From Cellulomonadaceae bacterium (GTDB lineage: Bacteria; Actinomycetota; Actinomycetes; Actinomycetales; Cellulomonadaceae): DNA of 64,000 nt. Numbering within the stretch: the first letter of the stretch is position 1; every line of letters begins with the position of its first letter. A program made the position numbers and the translations under genes. The DNA lies in the NCBI GenBank assembly GCA_031256435.1, contig JAIRQO010000061.1, forward strand, positions 59,301 to 123,300. The letters are read 5' to 3'. Under the pieces are notes generated by a model. It was not told the origin of the DNA and searched no databases. It saw only the letters and a list, made by a program, of their open reading frames with translations. Shown here piece by piece: positions 49,351-57,138 of this stretch.

Positions 49351-50937
49351 ATGGAATCTGCTGCGGCGCGTGATTGGCGTTCCCGGTGGCGCTCTCGTTG
49401 GAGCTCAAACTGGGGGGTTGCTGCCATGCTGGCGGGGGTGCTTGCCGTGAGTGGCCTGGTGGCGGCACCGCCTGCTGGCGCAAGCCCTACCGCGCTGGTT
49501 GGTGGTGTAGCCGTCCGTGCCGCAAAGAACAGTTTTGAGGGCGGCAGTGTCACCATCTCCGGACCTGCCAAAGTAGGCCAGAAACTCAAAGCCAGGGTCA
49601 CGGGCGTCTTTCCGAAGCCGAGCGCGGTGACGTATCAGTGGTACCGCAGCGGGAAACGCATCAAGGGTGCCACCTCGACGAGCTACCGCCTCAGTGCGGC
49701 TGATGCTGGCCGTGTCATCCGGGTGAAAGCCACCTTGACGAAGGATGGGTATCGCGAGCGCACCTTGGAGGAAACGGCCCGCGTGGCCGAAGGACGTTTC
49801 ACTGTGGGAAAGCTTTCCTATTCCGGGCGCCGCCAAGTGGGGTCAACACTCACGGTACACCGCCCCTCCGTGTCACCGCGTCCCACGCGGATCCAGTATC
49901 AATGGGTGCGAGACGGCAACAACATCCGCGGGGCTACGAGTAAGCGGTACACCCTCACGGCTCAGGACATGAACACCAAGGTGTGGGTGAGGGCAACGGT
50001 GTCACGCTCTGGATATCAGGATAAGGCTCGCCAATCCTGGAAGGGTGGTGTGATCGATCCACTGGAGTTCCGCGGAGGATCCGCCACCGTAGTGAACAAC
50101 CCCATGGTGGGACTGTACGTGAAGGCGCAGCCAGCACAGTTTGATCCTGCCCCTAGCAAGTACTCGTACCAATGGCTTCGTGGAGGACGAGCCATTGATG
50201 GCGCAACGAACAAGACGTACAGGCTCGCAGCCGATGATAAAGGGAGACGAATAACCGTCAGAGTGCGTGCCGAGCGCGCTGGGTATCGCGCTTCCTCGGT
50301 GACATCAGCGCCGGTGACTGTGCAGTCCACCTACTCGCTAGACGTCCTGGCTTCCATTCCCATTAAACCCAGGGACACCGGTGGTACCTATAGCAGGTCC
50401 TCGTTCGGCGATTCCATGTGGTGGGACCTTGACGGAACGGGATGTACCACCCGGCAGAAAATCCTGCACCGTGACCTACAGAACGTTGTCCTCCGCTCCA
50501 ACGGGTGTTCTGTGGAATCAGGGGTACTGTTTGATCCCTATTCCGGTGTGACCATTCACCACACCGCTGGCGCCAAGACGGCTTCTGGCGCCAACGTGGT
50601 GCAGATTGACCACGTGGTCCCCGTTTACCAGGCGTGGATGACGGGGGCACGAACGTGGACCCAGCAGAAACGCGAACGGTTCAATCAAGATCCGGCAAAC
50701 CTTCGCGCAACGTCTGCTGCCATGAACGAAGCCAAGGGAGGCCAGCGTGCCGACCAGTGGATGCCGCCCCGAAAAAGTGCTCACTGTGAGTATGTGGGCA
50801 TTCAGACTGCGGTGAAGGAGGAGTACGGGTTGTGGATGCCTCAGGCCGAACACGAGTTCATCGCCCGCATTCTGGCTGGCTGCCCAGCCGATACTGTCAA
50901 GATGATTCAGAAGCCGCTGCCGGGTGCGCCGTATTAA
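49351..50937 (+). CDS. Secreted protein: three Ig-like (YQW) repeats + HNH nuclease (DUF1524-like)
   Basis: Signal region (APPAGA), YQWYRSGKRIKGAT-type repeats, QIDHVVP..AW..GA..NL..N..K HNH motifs. Confidence 0.88.
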   Translation: MESAAARDWRSRWRSRWSSNWGVAAMLAGVLAVSGLVAAPPAGASPTALVGGVAVRAAKNSFEGGSVTISGPAKVGQKLKARVTGVFPKPSAVTYQWYRSGKRIKGATSTSYRLSAADAGRVIRVKATLTKDGYRERTLEETARVAEGRFTVGKLSYSGRRQVGSTLTVHRPSVSPRPTRIQYQWVRDGNNIRGATSKRYTLTAQDMNTKVWVRATVSRSGYQDKARQSWKGGVIDPLEFRGGSATVVNNPMVGLYVKAQPAQFDPAPSKYSYQWLRGGRAIDGATNKTYRLAADDKGRRITVRVRAERAGYRASSVTSAPVTVQSTYSLDVLASIPIKPRDTGGTYSRSSFGDSMWWDLDGTGCTTRQKILHRDLQNVVLRSNGCSVESGVLFDPYSGVTIHHTAGAKTASGANVVQIDHVVPVYQAWMTGARTWTQQKRERFNQDPANLRATSAAMNEAKGGQRADQWMPPRKSAHCEYVGIQTAVKEEYGLWMPQAEHEFIARILAGCPADTVKMIQKPLPGAPY

Positions 50938-50943
50938 TGGACG

Positions 50944-51109
50944 TGACAGCATCATCGTTGAAGTTAATCACCGTCCGGCATTAGGTGCTGTGAGATGGGA
51001 GGTCCCCGGGGATGTGGTGGTCCAGAAGACTTCTGTGATGTCACAGAGGCTGAAGGGGCACTGAACGCGGCACGGCGCGAGTTCCCGGAGGAGACGGGAT
51101 GGGTGCTGG
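50944..51109 (+). pseudogene. Frameshifted internal fragment of the NUDIX gene at 54586
   Basis: Aligns with 54828-54994 (GIIVE..RPA..WE.PRGCG.PEDFCDVTEAEGAL..RRE..EETGWVL) with a 1-nt deletion. Confidence 0.85.
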
Positions 51110-51122
51110 GGAGTACAAAACT

Positions 51123-51218
51123 TCGTCGACAATGGGGTTCGACCGACGGTCACTTCGAGTTTGGCTCAAGCGCCCGCCGAGTTTGACGAGGCGTAAGGAT
51201 GTCACGCTTCGTCAAACA
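51123..51218 (+). repeat. ~96-bp direct repeat, copy 1
   Basis: Contains TGGCTCAAGCGCCCGCCGAGTTTGACGAGGCGTAAGGATGTCACGCTTC, identical in copy 2 at 53130-53226. Confidence 0.9.
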
Positions 51219-51247
51219 TGAGGCAAACTCAGAGATAGCTTCGAAAC

Positions 51248-52939
51248 CTATTGCTTGGGGAACTTGAGGCCAGCATGATACTTGACACCGGGGCCTCGCG
51301 ATCTTTCAAACTCCTTCTTGATGATCTCACGTTTCTGTAGATCGGCCAAGATATTGCGAGCTGCATTCATCTCCACATCAAACATCCGACGCACTGTTTG
51401 GTTTGTGATGAACTGGTACTCCCGAATATGTTGAATGACCTTGTTATCAATGCTGTCATTTGTTCGGCGATGGTACCGAACCGCAACTCCTAGACCAGTG
51501 AGCGCCAGCCCCGATAGACCATAGTTGGGAAAGGCTGCGTGCGATGTTCTGCGCGAGGACTCTATCAATCCTTCTGAAGCCATTCTGTTGAGGGTCCGCT
51601 GTGCGTTTGCAGGTGGGCGTTGAATCACGGGGGCAACATCGCCTGCATTAACCTGCCGGACTTCACACAACCTATCCAGAATAAGCAACACCTCAATATC
51701 CGATGCAAACTCGTCGGCAAGGTCAGATTGGACATACCGAACGTAAGCGTCACTCCCTTCCCCGCCAACAATGTCAACCGTGACCATCGATTCGCTATCG
51801 ATGAACGTTGGCGGCTCCTTACCATTGAGCAGCAGGACACGATATGCCCGGTCCACCCCTTGACCAGATCGCTCAGCCAAGCCTAGGCCTGTGATCACTT
51901 CCAGCAACCTCGTATTCCGCGGCGTTGAGGGATAACTGAGAATATTGGCAGCGGTCACACCGAACACCAGACTTCCCGGACTTGTGATCCGAAGATTCGC
52001 AGGTGATTGCTCAATGTCGACTGATCCGTGGCGCTCGTAATCCCTATGGACGAAGGCATTCACAACAAGTTCACGGACTGCTCCTGATGGGTAATCTTCA
52101 AGAACTAATTGCTGCCCGCCTGACACATTCAAAGGTCGCGATGTTTTTCTGGCATCCAACAGCCCGAGGAGGTGCTCAACTGCATCCAAGAGGGGTCGCT
52201 GCTCACGCACCCGTAATGACGATTCGGACCCTTGTCTGGGCCGGTACTGGTAGGAGTATCCATGATTTGGAACAACTCGATTGATGTCATCAACATCTCC
52301 CACAAGGAGGAGTCCTGCTTTAGTCAACTTACCGGTGTCCGTAGATAACCGTAGGTCCCGCAGTACTGCCTCGTCGTCCTGTGCAGCCAACTCCCCCCGG
52401 CCTGCGCCTCGCAACAACCGGCGAAGCCGGGATAGATCCTCTCCGGAATACCGTGTGACCTCGGTAACCTCTGCAGACCAATCGTAGAGTCCGCGAGCAG
52501 CCAACGCTTGCTTCTGTGCTTCCGGTGGAAACGGCTCGCACGAGCTCCCAACACGCACTGTTGCGGTACCTGCGGCATTGGAGTAGATCACCGCACCCTT
52601 GGGAACAGTCACCTCAAGTAGCCGTTTCCCATTCACGAAATGCGTTGCCACAGGCACGGATAACGATGGCCGTGTCCGATCAAAAATCCCCTTGATCGCA
52701 ACTTCCTCCGTCAACCGGTCGCTCACTCCGAGAATCGCTTCCTCGCCCTTGAGTCTGTCGTGGACACCAACAATGAGCATGCCACCGGTAGCGTTTGCAA
52801 GGCAAACAACAACATCTGCCATAGACTCCAAGGTGCGTTTCAGGGACTCGCCTTCCTGTTTGCACTCCAATGATGTCGATTCAATCTCGTCAGCACACGC
52901 TCCTCCTTGGATTGCCTCCAGCGCCCCCATGAACTCCAT
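51248..52939 (-). CDS. Schlafen/AlbA_2 domain + HATPase_c_4 + winged-HTH protein
   Basis: ESTSLECK..VVCLANATGG.L.VGV.D, RELVVNAFVHRDY, ITSPG, PRNTRL..GL.ERSGQG, C-terminal wHTH. Confidence 0.88.
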   Translation of the reverse strand: MEFMGALEAIQGGACADEIESTSLECKQEGESLKRTLESMADVVVCLANATGGMLIVGVHDRLKGEEAILGVSDRLTEEVAIKGIFDRTRPSLSVPVATHFVNGKRLLEVTVPKGAVIYSNAAGTATVRVGSSCEPFPPEAQKQALAARGLYDWSAEVTEVTRYSGEDLSRLRRLLRGAGRGELAAQDDEAVLRDLRLSTDTGKLTKAGLLLVGDVDDINRVVPNHGYSYQYRPRQGSESSLRVREQRPLLDAVEHLLGLLDARKTSRPLNVSGGQQLVLEDYPSGAVRELVVNAFVHRDYERHGSVDIEQSPANLRITSPGSLVFGVTAANILSYPSTPRNTRLLEVITGLGLAERSGQGVDRAYRVLLLNGKEPPTFIDSESMVTVDIVGGEGSDAYVRYVQSDLADEFASDIEVLLILDRLCEVRQVNAGDVAPVIQRPPANAQRTLNRMASEGLIESSRRTSHAAFPNYGLSGLALTGLGVAVRYHRRTNDSIDNKVIQHIREYQFITNQTVRRMFDVEMNAARNILADLQKREIIKKEFERSRGPGVKYHAGLKFPKQ

Positions 52940-53129
52940 GGATCCACCTTAGTTTGATAGAGCGTGAAATTGCAACACTTCATCAAACTCAACTCAAATT
53001 GCGGCCATGTCGGCAACCAACAGAGGTACTCAGCCACAATCTGTTAACCGCTGTAGGCGTTGCACCTATTGCGATTGGGTCAAACCCTTTGCCACCGCAC
53101 CATTCGAGGTGGTGATGTTGCAAGGAGTA

Positions 53130-53226
53130 TCGTCGAGGATGGGGATTCGACAGACGTTCACTTCGAGCCTGGCTCAAGCGCCCGCCGAGTTTGACGAGGC
53201 GTAAGGATGTCACGCTTCATCAAACA
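53130..53226 (+). repeat. ~96-bp direct repeat, copy 2
   Basis: See 51123-51218. Confidence 0.9.
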
Positions 53227-53366
53227 CAAGTTAAACTATCAATACTCTCCCGACCGATCGCTTGGGAAACGTGGGCCAGTAGATACTGACATTTTTCCAT
53301 GCCAGTCTATGGCAGTTCAGCGCGTCAAGTATTGAGACGTGAGCCTCGTCCAGGAATGATCAGGTA

Positions 53367-54605
53367 ATGACAAGTCTCGTGAATAAGTTCCGGAAAACAC
53401 GGAGTAGGAGGAGACGCGGGACGCCTGCATCGACAGAGAACCGGATCATGGTTGCTGATTTTGACTCCGTTCGTCAGGCGGAACTGTGGAGCACCTTGGG
53501 GCCCTACTCTACGATCTCGGAACTCAAATCATGCCTTCGTGTTGCGGACTTGATTGTCGGTGACACCGTGCTCACTGCCCGCCAAGTGCTTGATGGAGTG
53601 TTCTTCCTGTTCCTTGGCGTAGGCGGTGTTCGTGACATCCTGGGCTGTGATGCCGGGGCTGAACTACCGGTCCTGGTGTCGCGCCTGGAGAGTGAGGGCA
53701 CGGTTGGCGCCGTACTGGAGAACCTCAACAACAAACATGATTTCTTGTGGTCTTCCACGCCTCTGCTGCGGGAGCTCGGGTGGTCTGCTGAACGCATTGC
53801 TGCGGCGCGGGCCGAGTGGGTGCGCGCCTGTGACCACGGCTTGGTGAGGCACATTACTGTAGACGGTCACAGCCTAGGTCAACTCTGGGAACCCTTAGCC
53901 GCAACCATGAAGAGTCCGTTCCCACGTGGCTCCGCAGAGGATGATGACATCAGAAACCTCAAACGCTCTGCGGCATTCTCGACGATAGCTACGCTGGAGT
54001 CCACTCGCGGACCTGAGTATTGTGCCGCGATGCGGCAAGCATATTCGTCGCGGTACAACTTGGCGATTGCCCGCCAACACCAAGCGGATCTCCTGGAATT
54101 GGGCACCACATCTGCTGCGGAGATGGGTGTTGAAGCCACCTCCCAAAGGCCACACTTGGAGAAGAACCTTGACAGAAACGTTGCCGACACTCCCTTATCA
54201 ATATCGGGCTCCATCGTCGAGACAGTTCGGAATATGCCTTCGGCGCGGTACGCGACGGTAAGCAGACAAACCCGTACGGCGAAAGACCAGTGGACTCACG
54301 GGAAGCACGTCAACGCCATACGAAATGTGGCCTTCGCTGTTCACCGCAACGCCGATGGGTACAATGAAACCCGAGGGCATGCCATCTGGTCAGGATTATG
54401 GCGCATATGCGTTGCCGCTGGTGGTGGAGTCCTGGGATTCCTGTCCGATTTTGGCACCGGGCGAAGCGCGGCAATCATTCTGGCCGTCACGGTCCTCGTG
54501 ATGACGCTTCCATGGGGTGACATCGCCGATTTGTGGCGGATCCGGAGCACATCCATGGACGCGGTTATTCGATTAGGAGGCATGAGTGAACACGCAAAGA
54601 GTTGA
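53367..54605 (+). CDS. Uncharacterised protein with two C-terminal hydrophobic helices
   Basis: 412-aa ORF; hydrophobic segments IWSGLWRICVAAGGGVLGFL and AAIILAVTVLVMTLPW; overlaps the NUDIX start by 20 nt. Confidence 0.8.
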   Translation: MTSLVNKFRKTRSRRRRGTPASTENRIMVADFDSVRQAELWSTLGPYSTISELKSCLRVADLIVGDTVLTARQVLDGVFFLFLGVGGVRDILGCDAGAELPVLVSRLESEGTVGAVLENLNNKHDFLWSSTPLLRELGWSAERIAAARAEWVRACDHGLVRHITVDGHSLGQLWEPLAATMKSPFPRGSAEDDDIRNLKRSAAFSTIATLESTRGPEYCAAMRQAYSSRYNLAIARQHQADLLELGTTSAAEMGVEATSQRPHLEKNLDRNVADTPLSISGSIVETVRNMPSARYATVSRQTRTAKDQWTHGKHVNAIRNVAFAVHRNADGYNETRGHAIWSGLWRICVAAGGGVLGFLSDFGTGRSAAIILAVTVLVMTLPWGDIADLWRIRSTSMDAVIRLGGMSEHAKS

Positions 54606-55221
54606 TGGTTACAAGGCACCCGTTGGTGTCTCGATCGACGATGATGTGGATAGTGATGCGTTGAAGGTGGCGAAAGCCGCCAGTCCCACCGGCGTCTACA
54701 CGTGGGATGGACCGCCGACGATCGAACTGGTCTCCCAGACCATTACGTGGCGTGGAGCCACGTGGTTACACCACATTCTTACCATGCAGGGCGGGTTGCC
54801 GGGGGTTGTGGTGATTGCCCGGCATCCTGACGGCATCATCGTCGAACGGCATTACCGTCCGGCAATAGATGCGTTGGGGTGGGAATTCCCCAGGGGATGT
54901 GGTGATCCAGAAGATTTCTGTGATGTCACCGAAGCTGAAGGGGCACTGGTCGCGGCGCGGCGCGAGTTACAGGAGGAAACGGGATGGGTGCTGGAGAACG
55001 CGGAGGTAGTTGGGACGTTCCACCCCGACTCCGGCATTGAAAATCTCACGATGTATGTGGTTGCGGGCGACGTTGCGGGCCGAGACGAGTCAATACTCGA
55101 CGAGATGGAGAAAACCGACCTGTTCACCTTTTCGACTGATGAGATTGGCTCGATGATCACCCGGGGCGAGATGCGGGACGGCATGACCCTAGCCGCCTGG
55201 GCGCTCTACCAGGGGCGGTAG
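54586..55221 (+). CDS. NUDIX hydrolase (ADP-ribose pyrophosphatase-like)
   Basis: HYRPA..WEFPRG, RRELQEETG Nudix box, RDGMTLAAW tail. Confidence 0.88.
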   Translation: MNTQRVDGYKAPVGVSIDDDVDSDALKVAKAASPTGVYTWDGPPTIELVSQTITWRGATWLHHILTMQGGLPGVVVIARHPDGIIVERHYRPAIDALGWEFPRGCGDPEDFCDVTEAEGALVAARRELQEETGWVLENAEVVGTFHPDSGIENLTMYVVAGDVAGRDESILDEMEKTDLFTFSTDEIGSMITRGEMRDGMTLAAWALYQGR

Positions 55222-55621
55222 CCCAGGGTGGGTGAGTGTGGTGGGCTCGCTGTTGCGTTTTCGCTCTTCTTCCCTGACACATTCGCACCGGAATAGAAAA
55301 GTGAGAACTACCGCCTCGATACCTACGTACAACGAGACATTGGACACAATTCGGTGCCGCGTGTGCCATATCATACACTTGTCCCAATTGAGGAAATTTG
55401 GAGAATGGAAGATTGTTACCATGCCACCGCTGATCGGGATGATCACCGAGAGATGCGATCATGGAGGCAACACCCGATTCACATTTGATGATGTTCCTCA
55501 AAGGCTTTCACCATGGCGTTAACGCGCCTGTCAAGGACCCAATCTGCGGTAACAGGTGCGGTGCAGCACTAGCGCGGCGCGCAGTGATCAGTACCATTTG
55601 GTTAGTTAGGAGGCTCTCACA

Positions 55622-56569
55622 ATGAGTGAGTTCGAGAAGCACGGCAACACACAAGTCGAGCAAGTTGTCATTGACGATGACGTCGTCCAGTTGCGTTTCG
55701 TTGATGAGGATGGTCAAGACCAGACCATCGAGGGCCATCTATTCGCACAGTCCGTTCAAGGTCTAGTTGAGTTCGTGTCCGAGATGGGCAAGGCGCGCGT
55801 GTTTGGCGAAGGCCCGGCCCCTGAGGTTCGTATCCGCCCTGTCAAAGAGGGATCGATCTGCATCGAAGCGGTACTGGAGTTCTACCAGGCCAATCAAGAG
55901 CTCATCCTCACCAGTAGCGGTGCGGCAGTCACTGAACTGTTGAGGGCTGGCATTCGACGATGGCGCGGTGCCGTTGTTGACTTCGAGTACTTGGACAACG
56001 ATAACGTCAAAGTCACCTGGAAGGACGGGACCGCTTCCGAGCTCCCAGCAAAAGCCTGGCACGAAGTCAACAGGCGGAACTCCAAGGCCCGCAAGGCTCT
56101 CGCCAAGGTTCAGGCACCGCTGTCGGGCGACGCCGATGTGATGGAAGTTCGCTATGCATCCAGGGCCGCCACGTCACAGCAAATCCTCGCGGAGCAACCC
56201 GAGTTGGCTGCCTCGATTGACGACTATCGGGCGACGGCCGCGGTCGACGATGTCCCTGAAGAGTTAGTGAACTACCACATAGATGTCGAAGCCCGACTCC
56301 GCTCCATCGACTTCGACAACGCCAACAAGTGGCGAATTGCAGCGCTTGGGCAGAGGCGAAACGCTACGATCGAAGATACGAAGTTCCTCAAGAAGGTGTC
56401 GAAGGGTTTAGCGCTTCATGACGATGATGTCTTCCGTGTGGACATCCGCGAGGACATCAAGGTGCCTGAAGCGGGAAATCGTACCACTAAGTGGACTGTC
56501 ACAAGAGTCACGAGGGTCAATAGCCGAGGAGAAAGTACCCGTGTCAGTGAGCCGACTAGCGAGGACTAA
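55622..56569 (+). CDS. Uncharacterised 315-aa protein
   Basis: GGAGG upstream, ATG start; IEGHLFAQSVQGL..VKEGSICI and ARLRSIDFDN..KWRI..ATIED..FL segments; no function recognised. Confidence 0.8.
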   Translation: MSEFEKHGNTQVEQVVIDDDVVQLRFVDEDGQDQTIEGHLFAQSVQGLVEFVSEMGKARVFGEGPAPEVRIRPVKEGSICIEAVLEFYQANQELILTSSGAAVTELLRAGIRRWRGAVVDFEYLDNDNVKVTWKDGTASELPAKAWHEVNRRNSKARKALAKVQAPLSGDADVMEVRYASRAATSQQILAEQPELAASIDDYRATAAVDDVPEELVNYHIDVEARLRSIDFDNANKWRIAALGQRRNATIEDTKFLKKVSKGLALHDDDVFRVDIREDIKVPEAGNRTTKWTVTRVTRVNSRGESTRVSEPTSED

Positions 56570-56765
56570 CGTGGTACTGCTCGCCATCGATGCTCTTGGC
56601 ATGATCGGTGGAACCGTCGGCGTGGGCTTCTCGCTCCACTCCGTCCTAAACGGTGGCAAGACATCCGCTGTGGTTGCCCTCGCCATTTCGGTGTTAATCG
56701 TAGTGGCAGCGGCCAGGGATTGGCGTCGCGAATGGCGACTTCGCTCTATGCTGCGAGAGCCTTAG
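56547..56765 (+). CDS. Small two-TM membrane protein
   Basis: Hydrophobic helices VVLLAIDALGMIGGTVGVGFSL and AVVALAISVLIVVAAA, basic tail; overlaps the upstream stop. Start could be 56571. Confidence 0.55.
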   Translation: MSRLARTNVVLLAIDALGMIGGTVGVGFSLHSVLNGGKTSAVVALAISVLIVVAAARDWRREWRLRSMLREP

Positions 56766-57138
56766 GACCAGACAACTCGAAGAAATGGCAGCAGGTACAC
56801 GACACGGAAGAATTTGATTGTATCCACTAGCACGGCCTGGCCAACGCGTGCGGCGGCTCCGCGGCCTAACTACTCGGTGCTGGGCCATGACGCGTTAGTG
56901 GCCGCAGGAGTGGACCCCATTGGCGATTGGGCCGAGCGCTTTGCCGTAGCAGCGCCCGAGGTGCTGGGGTTGTAGGCGCTCTCGTTGCGCGCGGGTTTAG
57001 GCCGGTGGCGTTCCCCGGAGGTGGCAGTGTTCTGTGTGGACATGAGAAATAAGAAAAACTAAGAATGAACAAGAAAGGCCGGGTTGCACTGCCTCAACCC
57101 GCTCAAATCGTCGGCTCGGGAATACCCGCGGTCACAAG

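Noticed and set aside
51248-52939. Calling this gene recG
   Set aside because: It has no SF2 helicase Walker or DExH motifs; the architecture is AlbA_2 + HATPase_c_4 + wHTH.
55222-55621. Gene between the NUDIX gene and the 315-aa ORF
   Set aside because: One frame looks coding-like (ENYRLDTYVQRDIGH..) but has no start codon and no recognisable family; at best a relic.
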